Assembly: GCA_002633005.1 (NCBI GenBank)
Contig: NMRA01000398.1
Span: forward strand, 70,010 to 134,009
Length of the DNA: 64,000 nt
Reading direction: 5' to 3'
From: Phoronis australis
Taxonomy: Eukaryota > Animalia > Phoronida
Part shown: one piece after another, positions 12,701 through 24,700 of the stretch
Position numbering within the stretch: position 1 is the stretch's first letter
Layout of the letters: every line of letters begins with the position of its first letter
Notes under the pieces: generated by a model
Seen by the model: only the letters and a program-made list of their open reading frames with translations
Told to the model about the DNA's origin: nothing
Databases searched by the model: none
Position numbers and translations under genes: made by a program

Positions 12701-15700
12701 ACTGGATATTCAGTAGCGTTGTTTTACTAAGGAACGTTATCTTATAAAAGGTGAAACGCTGATTTTATTTAATTTTGGCGAAAAGCTCAGAGATTGGATT
12801 TATATTTTGCTTAAAGATTCCAAGCTATGTGTTAAGCAGTACGGATGTTTTCAGACTTTTTGTTATCGGGCGTGCTTGCAGACAAGGCGATCCTGTATCC
12901 ACCTATTTGTTTATATTTTACGCGAAAACTTTAAGAATATTGTTGAGAAACAATACTGGAATAAAAAATAAAAACAAATAATATAAATTAATACAGTATG
13001 CAGACGACACTGCCATTCTACTAGACGGGTTGGAACTTTGCTTCAGTTCGTCTCTTTCTCTTGTAGAACAGTTTGCCAAATTTTCAGGCAGTTTGGTGAT
13101 TATTACTTTAAATGGCTTTTGTTGAAAATTAAAAACCCATTTTGGAAAGAGATTTTTCAATCGTTCTATGATTTACAGCTTATAATAAATAATGGTAAAC
13201 AATTATCTTTGCAGCCAGCAGTGGTATAACAATAATATAATGATAGGTGGCAAAACGGTATTCTGTGAAAGGTGTTTTGAGAAAGATTTTCATACTGTGG
13301 CTGACTTGATTTATCCCTCAGGGCGACTTATTAATTATACTGAATTCTCTAAAATGGCAGATTTTGTCCCCCTTTTACTGAATTTTTGGCGTTCACCAAG
13401 ACATTCAAAAAATAGAACACAGTTTTGATTACAAACAAAATGTTTTGTCGTTAAGATTATGTTCCAAAGTGTATGAAGTTGTAACTAGATCACCAAAAGA
13501 CATTAATGACTTTATGATTTATCTGTTTAAAAATAGTGCTGTAAGCCTTCTTCAGAATTAAAATGAAATTTAAGCTTAAGCATAACCAATGAAAGTATGA
13601 ATTCGGATTCCATAAATGGTGCTTTTGAGAGGTTTTCTGATACATAAATGAGGTGGTTTTATTATAGAATTGTGCATAACATTCTTCCAACACAATTGGT
13701 ATTGTAAACTCAAATCTAAGCTCTTTTTGTTGCGAAGTCCCAGAATAAATTGTGCATTTGTTCTGGGAGTTTACACTGTAGATATGTTAAAAATTTGAGG
13801 AACAAATTATTATTCTGGCTCAAACAGATTTTTCACAGCAATAAAATTATTTCCATAAAAGAGGTTTTGTTAGGTTTCCGCACTAGAAGTTTGTATATGA
13901 TACCATATTTTGCTTAACGAAAGCGTTTATATATAGGGAGGAATTTAAGGAAGCTGTACCTATTTTTGATAACTTAGATCATAGATAATTGTAAAGTTGA
14001 TTACTTGATTTGTGAACAAAATTTTGAGTTGGATCGACACATAACTAAGTGGAAAGATCTTGCATAGTTTATTTAGAATCCCGGTACCTACATGTATCAT
14101 ACTTGGTATTTAGTGTTGCTATTTGTGGCTGGGTGTGCAGACTTGCTATGTATATGCTTTGTAAATATGTTTTTGTACTCAAAAATAAAAAAAAATAAAG
14201 ATCTAAATGTGTTCTAGTCGAAAAGAAATGGGTATTCAGTAGCGTTGTTTTGCTTAGGAACGTTATCCTACTTCGACGCTGTCCTTTCGATCTTGAAAAC
14301 TACTGTAGGTGTTACTTACGATCACACTTCGTATCCGCAATAGATGTGAATCCTTGTGCGCAGGAACACGAACTTGGGTAGCCATCACTGCACGCACCAG
14401 GGAAACAGAACTTGTGTTTCCACGAGCAACGAGCTGTAAAAAGTAAAACAAGAACATTTACGATACACTGCAAATTTCAAGCTTAAGCTACTGTACTTGT
14501 GGAACTTTTTGAGACGTGCTGTGCGTTTACAGTATTCTAAAACTATTTCTTGGCGGCTTTTAGTAGTATGGTTTTTAGTCGACAAATATGTGGATTTTGG
14601 TGACAATAAAACGTTTATTACACCAGTGAACAAGAAATAGATGCGACAGACCTTTGAATTTTATTCAATTTATATTAATTTCTTGAAGTAGTTAATGCAA
14701 ATCCCAGTAAAAACACGTGATTGTGTATTCAGTAAAAAATAGTTCACTCATCACTTCGAACATGTTAATCAAGAACTCACACCTCGTGATGGTAGAAAGC
14801 GGTTGGTTGGAGAAAGGTTCTTGTAAGAATATCTGCATCATATACATATTTCAAATAAAATTACTTTGTCTGCAATTCCCCCTGCACAAAATCGTTTAAA
14901 CACACGGCAATGCCAACTGTTTACAAGTTTTAAAATTGTACTTAGAGTTATGAAGGAGCCCAGAAAATTGTTTTGGCTAACGTGTTATCTCAATGTCACG
15001 TTTTTCCCCGTGTGTGGGTGGGCGCAGGTTGTTACAGACCGGTGCTAATAGCTTTCGGTGCGAAGATTGACTCAAGACTGGTTCGAATTAATCCTTTATT
15101 AATCCCGACCGTACGTTCACAAGCCTACTCAAACAAAACGTCCGACGTAATGTCTGTTTATGCTCCAGCCAGTGCTGCGAAGCCTTGACTTGTATTGAAC
15201 TTCTGAGATACTTCCAGCAACTGTTACACTCAGTTCAATAACCTGCTGTCTCTATAGCTGGCTCTCTATTGACTATCGCTGTAACTGCTGATTCTGCAAC
15301 TCAACTGTAGTTCTCCTGATTAACTTACTTGAACTCACTTGATCTCTCGACTTGATCTTCTTGGACTCAACTGACTTAATCTCTAACTCAACTCGATCTA
15401 ATCTCATCTGCCCAACACAAACCCGTGCTTGTGTACTTATAGCCTAATGCATTGTTCTGGAACTTTTCATCAATTCAAGCACATACCAGAACTTTCTGGA
15501 ACCTACCCAATCATTCTACAAACATGTACTAGTCTCTAGAATATTCCAGACTNNNNNNNNNNNNNNNNNNNNNTGTCGGACATTCAAAGCATTGTCAACG
15601 ACCGTCAGATCTATGGCGTAAAACTGAGGCTGAGCCGGAAGAGTGATTTGTTTTGACGTAGTAGAGCTGGGCAATGTAATAGGTCCAACGCGCTTAGCAG

Positions 15701-18700
15701 CAAACACCATACCAACCGTTGACGATGAGCTTTCAGAAATTTCATAAACATTAATGATGTACTCCTTAAGCCCCGAAGGGTTTGTTCCGATGTCTTGCCA
15801 GCCCTGGAAGTCGAGATTGAGTGTTCCTGTTTTGCGAATTCTGTCGCCAAACGTCATATATTCTGTTGGCGAATTGCAGTTGTTGGCACCAGTATCGCGG
15901 GAACAATGCGACCCTTTTGTAAAATCCATGCGCATGCAAACGGTTTTTGATCTCGGGACGTCGTTGTACTTTTGCGTTTGTTCGAACTTGTCGGTATTTG
16001 GGTCGCCGTAATGGGTGTAACCACCAGCCACCACTTTATAATCAGCGCATAACCTGTTGTCGAGAAGAGCAAATGTCTAGAGGTTCAACGGAGAAGTAAC
16101 AACAATCAGGCAAGCGGGTTAGTACCTTTCTCTTGCCAAAATGTTTTTAAATATGATCTACTTAAATGCATGCCTGATCAACAGAAATGTGGAAAGAAAG
16201 CATAGTGCACACAGTAAGAGTATAGCTACGATACAAGTATATGTATACACACTAGAAAGATTAAAGCTACATTCACTGTGTGTATTGAAGTGATGATTGC
16301 TGAGTGCCATCAATATTATTGCAGGATCATTCAAGGGTAAAGTAACCGTTTTGATGTAACCCGTGGTAAAAATACAGATCGCTGTTCATATTGCAAAGAC
16401 ATTTTCATCACAATTACCAATGAAACAATAGAATGTGGATTACCACAAGGTCCGCACCTTCATTCTGTATCTACAGCCATTGAGCTATTGTTGCACTACT
16501 AGCCAAATATGCGCCAGGGAACGTGAAGAACTTGTAAAAATACCTTTCCAAGATTACCAGTAAACGTAACACAAAAGATGGTTGCAATCCCTTTTTAGAC
16601 ACACGAAAAGGATGTATGATTAGCTCTTAACTGGGAACCACGCTCAACAAAACGTCGTCCTCCGAAGACTGAGAATAGGGTGGGCCACTAGCAAAAACTA
16701 AATTGGTGGATAGAAAGACAGTTACGTAGTGTTTTGATTACTAAATCATCTTTTATTTATATTGCCAAACTCTGCATATCTCTAGTACTGTGAATGCTTC
16801 CTCTACATTTGTACATGTGGTAAGTCAAGATGGCAGTTTTGTATTATAAGTCTATTCACTTCATTTTTCAGTGCCATAAATCCCCAACCATGAAAACTTC
16901 AGACTATATACATCGAGAATTGGCTTATGTCATCCTGAAGCTGAAACAATCATTGTGCATTTAATAACTTCAAATTCTTCAAACCCAGAGGCTGTTGCCT
17001 ACATACATCGTTCTACATGTGTTGAAATAATAAATTACGATTCAGTATACTTGTTCTAAAAGTTGTGTTCAAAGTACTTTGCTATTGGTGTTTGACAATA
17101 TTGCGATGTCAGGAAACGTATGGCGAGCATATACAATACATCTGCATTGCTGTTCTGTTCAAGTGCGGAAAAGTTACCTGGTTATTTACCACCTCAAGAA
17201 AAATCAGATGCGGAACGTGCTGCATTACTTACTTGTCGCCGTCAACAAATGACGTATAGGAGAGAGACTTGTCAATGTCACATTGTATTTGGTCCTTGGG
17301 TTGCCCAGTACCGTCGCCATAGGGGCCTGAAGGATTACAGGAACCATCTCCTGGCATGTTGTAGGTAGCAATGTCGTGGTTGGCACCTGCACGATATGAT
17401 AAATAACTCTGATAGGTCCTGTTTATGACTTCCTGTCAGGAAACAAGAGCAACACCGAGCGATGAAATGCGCCCACGAATGCATCGCAAATGGTGTGCCC
17501 TTTAGGGTTAATTATTTGTATCATAAAAATGGCACTAGATGGCGCAACATTGTGCAATCCATCCAAAAACGGGAACATGACATATTTCATAAAAATTTGT
17601 CAAGAAACTTCAAAGAAACAAAGGAAAACAGAACAAAATGAAATTGCCACTTGTGGGCACAGCGTGCGTTCCATCCGCCTGAAAGTCGTCTGTTATCTTC
17701 ATATAAATTCACGTGCTAAATTTAATAAAGAACCTGCAGTGGCTTTTGGAGATACAGCTATGAGCGTAAAACAAATCAAAACTACCACTAGAAGGCGCCA
17801 CAGTAGTCAGTCGCCATCATCAAACGACCTCTTCACACTGAACACATATACGCCAATTTTCAAAGCCATCCCTAGAATGATTTAGTTGATCGAGGTGTGG
17901 AGGCCAAAAACAAGATTTAAAAACAGCAAAAATGGCCACCAGGTGGCGCAAAATACCTCGATTCCATCCAAAAACAGGATGATAGCGTCATCTTACCAAT
18001 AGATGCCAATATTCAAAATTTGATGAAAATCTGTTGAGGATCTTTGAAGATACAGACTGATAAACGTAAAAACTAAAATTGCCACTAGGGGGCACACAAG
18101 TAGTCAGATCCTTCCGAAAGTCGTCGTCGTCCATTGTCAACATCATATAAAAATACTTGCTAAATTAAGTAAAGATCCTGAAAACGGTTTAATAGAAACA
18201 GCCATGAGCGAAAAAAAAACTGTCACGAGGGGGCGAAACTGTAGTCGAACTCGTTGGAAAATCGTCGACAGCCGTCCACTTCATAGTGAAAACATACATC
18301 CAAATTTTCACAATTATCCTGAAAGCGGTTTGGTTGATAGACGAGTGGACGGCAAAATACAGACTCGAAAACAGTAAAAATGGCCACTAGGTGGCTCAAA
18401 GTAGGTCGAATTCATCTGAAAACGAAGAGATAGCGTCAGCTCATTAACAGAAACCTGTATGCCAAATTTTATGAAAATACGTTGAGGACCTTTGAAGATA
18501 CAAAGGAAAACGTAAAAAACAAAATTGCCACTAGGTGGCACACCAGTAGTCAGATCCGACTGAAAGTTGTCGTCCTCCGTTGTTCATATAGATATTGTTC
18601 CTAAATTTAGTAAAGATCCTGCGAACGGTTTAGGGAATACAGCCATAGGCGCAAAAAACAAAACTGACACTAGGAGGGGCCACAGTAGTTGAAGTCGTCG

Positions 18701-21700
18701 GAAAATCATCGTCAGCCGTCCTCTTTATAGTAAGAACATACATGCAAATTTTCACAATATTTTTTGAGCGGTTTGGTTGATAGAGGGATGCAAAAACAGA
18801 CTCGAAAACAGTAAAAATGGCCACTAGGTGGCGCAAACTACGTCAAATCCATCCAAAAACGGGAGGATAGCGTCATCTCACTAATAGGTGCCTATATACC
18901 AAATTTTATGAAAAATCCGTTCAGGACTTGAAGATACAGAATTAAACGTGAAAAACTAAAATTGCCACTAGGGGGCACGCCGGCAATCGGATCCGTCCGA
19001 AGTCCGCTCATGCCGTCCCACTCACGGAAGGAACACATGTGCGGCAAAATTTCATGAACATACGTTAAGGCGTTTTGCAGATAGAGTAGCGTACGCCGGA
19101 CGCCGGGCGGTAGCCGTACAAACGCCGGACGGACGGACGGAGATGACGGCATAATGCGTCCATATATAAATATGTGGGCGCATAAAAAGGACGTGGGATA
19201 TACAGTACCGCCGCCATGGGGCCGAGAAGAGCAACAAGAAACCTTCACGGCCAGAGTGTAGGTGGCACTGTTTACCTTGGAACCTGCACGGCAAATGTTC
19301 AGCAGCATTATATATAAACAGAAGCTAAACTCCATGAATTTGGTACTCACCAACATATAAAAGACTAACAGAGAAAGTGAAGTAATTATTCATTAAATTT
19401 GAAGCACTCTGTGAACATTTTGACTTTCATTGAAACATATTTTAGCCCATAGAAATCATATGCAGTGATGTTCCCAACAAGCAAAGAACCGGATCTGGTG
19501 TTTTTGAAGAAAAATCAGAATGCTGGCCAAATTGAATTTCCGTCCAATTTAATTACATACGTGGTCATCGTTATAAAACCTGTCAAGTATCATTGTTAAA
19601 ATTTCTTGCTTTGTGGTTTCATCAAGTTCCTATGTGACTAAATGTTCGCACCTAAAGTAGCAACTGACGTAGGGGATAGAGTAGTTACATATCGGTGACC
19701 GGTTTGTTTTTGCAGATCTAACAACTCTATTCCCTACTCTAGGTAACTATGCCAACTATGAATAATCACTCAGTAACCACATTTCACCTTGAACTGAAGG
19801 CAAATATGGAAACAAACTTACCGGAGGGAACCTTGTAGAGTTTTACAGAACTCTTCGTAATGCCGTACTTGAAGTCTCTTACGTAAGCAAGTTTTGTGTA
19901 GGTCGGGTGCTGGAAATTAGCCTCCAGGTCTAACTTGAAAGTGGCTGGTACAAACTTTATCCACTCATCTCCTTCTGTGTAGCAGCTTGTCGAACCTGAC
20001 GCGGTGGGCTGACTCTGACGGCGTTCTCCACTTGAGCTGACGACGGTGAACTTGCACAAATCAATTTCCGGTTTGATCGTTACTGAAAAACATGCGCTTC
20101 TCCGTGATCAAGTGTCGAAAACAGAATGCGCACCCGCGAGCCTTAAACTATGTGCATGCAATTACGTGAAAATTCGTGAGCAGAGGTTTACCTTACAGTG
20201 TACCTGGACGTGTGCAACCCGGCGTAAGTTTGAGTTCCCAGGATCTGATGTTGAATCAAGCTCGGCGTTAAAACAGTCAAAAAGCAAGAATTAAGTTCAA
20301 ATTTTTAAATTTTATTTGAAGCATGACAGAAAATGGGAAACTCAAGTATCTAGCAAGGTCCTTTTAAAGACCTATTAAACTAGGTCAATTTTGGGTCAGG
20401 TACTGAGATTAGACAGCAGACAAAATGCTTATTTTACTGCCTTTCTGGCTGTAAAACACCAATAATTTTTCACGTGTTATAAAAATCAGACCCACAATGC
20501 AACACCCTGGCCCATTTCCAATATGACACGGCTGCACCGCCGCTATTCCAAGGTGCCTGCTTCGATCAGTGAACATGAGGTAAGGAAATGCCCCACATAT
20601 ATAACAATGCATACGTTGCAAAGAATGGTTAAAAGTCAAAATTTCTATGTAATGGAACAGAGCTAGGTGTCTCGTAGTTTTCAAAGTAAATTGGACAGAC
20701 TTATACAGAATTCCTTTAGACTCTGCTAAGTTTTGACGAAATTCTTGAAACAATTCTTTTTCATTTTAGTCTAACATTTGTAAATACAAAATGACATTTT
20801 TGACGAACTGTATTTAGGGTTGAAGATGAAGTTGTTGCGCCTAACGGCCAATTGTTTAGTTGTGAAAAAACTTGTAAAGCACAATTTTGCGATTTTTACA
20901 ACGTTCGTGGAGCTACACCTGTTGAGATTTTATCTAGAATTTACCAGATCTGAAAGGCGTTCTAGTCGAAAAGAAATGGATATTCAGTAGAGTTGTTTTA
21001 CTTGGGAACGTTATCTTATGAAAGGTGAAACCCTGATTTTATTTAATTTTGGTGAAAAGCTCAGAGATTGGATTTATATTTTGCTTAAAGATTCCAAGCT
21101 ATGTGTTATGCAGTATGGATGTTTTCAGACTTTTTTATCGGCGTGCTTGCAGGCAAAGCGATCCTACATCCACCTATTTGTTTATATTTTATGCGGAAAT
21201 TTTCAGTATATTGTTAAAAAACAATACCACGTGTAGTGGAATAAAAATTAAAAACAAAGAATATAAATTAATACAGTATGCAGACGACACTGCCATCCTA
21301 CTAGACGGGTTGGAACTTTTCTTCAGTTCTTCTCTTTCTCTTGTAGAACAGTTTGCCAAATTTTCAAGGCTTAAGCCTAATTTGGAAAAAACTGTTTTTG
21401 TTTGGCTAGGGTCTATGAGGAACTCTGTCCGAAGGTTATTTACCCACATAAATTTGCAGTGGGAAAGGAAACAATTTACATAGCTCGGAACTACATTCGA
21501 TCCTGGGTTAAAATATATTGTGGAATCAAATTACAATAATAAGGTTCTAGACATTGAAACCAAGGTAAAATGCTGGTCAAAAATTATAATTACTGTTGGG
21601 CGTATTACTGTTGTCAAAACATTAGTGATTCCCAAATTAACCCACATTTTCGCGAGTATCCCCTCGCCCGATAAAGTAATGCTGAGAAGATTGGGGAAAC

Positions 21701-24700
21701 TAATATTTAGCTACAATTGGAACTTAAAGACATGCGCACACCCAGCCTTTAATATGGGAAGGGGGTTCAAAGTGGACTTTTTGCTAACAAAAGAGCGGGA
21801 GGACTAAAAAAAACGGGGTACCACTGTGAACTGTGCATCTGCGCCTTTTTAGTGGACTTTTGTCTCGTTTTCTCGGACTTTTTGTTTCTGTGAGGCGGAC
21901 CTTTTTACCCTCTTCGCCAAATGAGGGGGGTGGGGGTGCTCCTTTGAGCCCCCCGATCCCCCTTGGGTGCGCGCATGTAAGATTGTTAGAGTAGCTAGAA
22001 AAGTTATTATACAAAATTATGAAAATGTCGGGCTTAAAATACCCCTCATTACATCATTTATTAAAAGGTTAAAATGTACCTGGATAAAAAAACTGGAAAA
22101 TGGGGATAACGATGATGCATGGATCCGGTTTTTGTTGGATTATTTGCCAGATAACTTTTTGGAATTCTCAAAGTTTGGTGATTATTACTTTAAATGGCTT
22201 TTGTTGAAAACTAAAAACCCATTTTGGAAAGATATTTTTCAATCGTTCTATGATTTACAGCTAATAATAAATAATGGTTAGCAATTATCTTTGCAGCCAG
22301 CAGTGGTACAACAATAATATAATGATAGGTGGCAAAACGGTATTCTATAAGAGGTGTTTTGAGAAAGATTTTCATATTGTGGTTGACTTGAGTTATCTCT
22401 CAGGGCGACTTATTAATTATACTGAATTCTCTAAAATGGCAAGATTTTGTCCCCCTTTTACTGAATTTTCGGCGTTTACCAAGTCATTCAAAAATAGAAC
22501 ACACTTTTGATTACAAACAAAATGTTGTGTCGTTACAATTATGTTCCAAAGTGTAGGAAGTTTTAACTAGATCACCAAAAGGCATTAATGACTTTTATGA
22601 TTTCTTTGTTAAAAAATAGCGCTGTAAACCTTCTTCAGAATTAAAATGAAATTTAAGCTTAAGCATAACCAATGAAAGTATGAATTCGGATTCCATAAAT
22701 AGTGCTTTTGAGAGGTATACTGATACATAAATGAGGTGGTTTAATAATAGAATTGTGCATAACATTCTTCCCACAAAATGTTTTCTCAAAAAAATTGGTA
22801 TGGTACATTTAAACTCAAATCTAAGCTCTTTCTGCTGCGAAGTCCCAGAATAAATTGTACATTTGTTCTGGGAGTGTACACTGTAGATATGTTAAAATTT
22901 TGAGAAACAAATTACTATTTTGGCTCAAACAGATTTTTCACAGCAATAAAATTATTTCCGTAAAAGAGGTATTGTTAGGTTTTCGCACTAGAAGTTTGTA
23001 TATGATACCATAGTTTGCTTAACGAAAGCGTTTATATATAGGGAGGAATTTAAGGAAGCTGTACCTATTTTTGATAACTTAGGGGCTTATATCATAGATA
23101 ATTGTAAAGTTGATTACTTGATTTGTGGACAAAATTTTGAGTTGGATTGACACATAACTAAGTGGAAAGATCTTGCATAGTTTATTTAGAATCCCTGTAC
23201 CTACATGTATCATACTTGGTATTTGGTGTTGCTATTTGTGGCTGGGTGTGCACACTTGCTATGTATATGCTTTGTAAATATGTTTTTGTCCGCAAAAATA
23301 AAAAAATAAAGATCTAAAGGTGTTCTAGTCGAAAAGAAATGGATATTCAGTAGCGTTGTTTTGCTTAGGAACGTTATCCTACTTCGAAGCTGTCCTTTCG
23401 ATCTTGAAAACTACTGTAGGTGTTACTTACGATCACACTTCGTATCCGCAATAGATGTGAATCCTTGTGCGCAGGAACACGAGCTTGGGTAGCCATCGCT
23501 GCACGCACCAGGGAAACAGAACTTGTGTTTCCACGAGCAACGAGCTGTAAGGAGTAAAACAAGAACATTTACGATACACTGCAAATTTCAAGCTTAAGCT
23601 ACTGTACTTGTGGAACTTTTTGACACGTGCTGTACGTTTACAGTATTCTAAAACTATTTCTTGGCGGCACAATCTCAATAGGCAATTGACACACCACAGG
23701 TTGTCATTGTTGGTCTAGTTCATTGTCACTCCCTGTAACTGACTGTATCTGTGCTTCATTACTTGTTGCTGTGCCTAGCTAGGTGGCCACTGTATTATGA
23801 CTTCTGAGGATGGTGTTTAATAAATGACACCGAAACATGTCAAGTTTTAAAACCGTAGTTATTTTCTTGAAATGGTTGACATATATGCTGTTGGCAACTC
23901 CTCTACACGTAATGTGAGTGTATTATTGTTAAATACAATAATATTGACGAGACCTGATTATTTGTTTCAAGAAGAAGCCAAGAAAAATGTTGTTTTTACA
24001 GATATAAGTTTACTAAGCTTCTTGGTGACTATTGCGAAACTTCAAACTCAAATTTCTCAAAAATGTGCAGCTTTATATGCGGCAGCTTTTTAGATTTTGA
24101 AAACGCACTAGTAAATGAATTAAGAAACACCAAAATAAAACTGCCCCTGTTGCTCCCACTACAAAATTTAGCTCACTGCCTATATATTTAGGACGGCAAT
24201 AAGAAAAGAGTACCCTTTGAATCCTGAAAATCCGGTAACATGTAATCAGTATTCTCTGATTCGATCATTGTGTAATTAGCGGCCGAGGTTGTCTTGATGG
24301 CGAGTTGTTTCGGTGCTACACTGACCAGCATTCTTATGAAAACAACCGAGAATTACTTATGTAATGGAGGTGACGTGTGACAAGGCTGCATTCAACTCGA
24401 GTATCCAACCGATGAACGTGCAAAGGATCACAGATCAAAAGGTGCTAAATACAGACCATTAGTTCAATGAACGGATAATCGTCAACTAGGAAACAGGACA
24501 ATTACCTGTTACCATTCAGGGCGGCGAACCTGACCCGGCCCTTATATTATATAAAATGCATCGTTTGCACAAACTCAGTCTCCCCCGCTGCACTACAGAC
24601 CTTCGTTGCGCCCGTTTCGGCACCGCCTTGGTCCCAGGTATTACACCGGCCCCCTATTTGGATTCGAGATGTTCTATTTTTTTCTCTCGGGCCGTGTTTA

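Larger units (their letters stand above)
7955..14557. repeat. Block duplicated at 15574-23668 (probable second haplotype)
   Basis: Colinear, high identity by eye including introns and TE insertions; second copy starts at an N gap. Confidence 0.85.
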
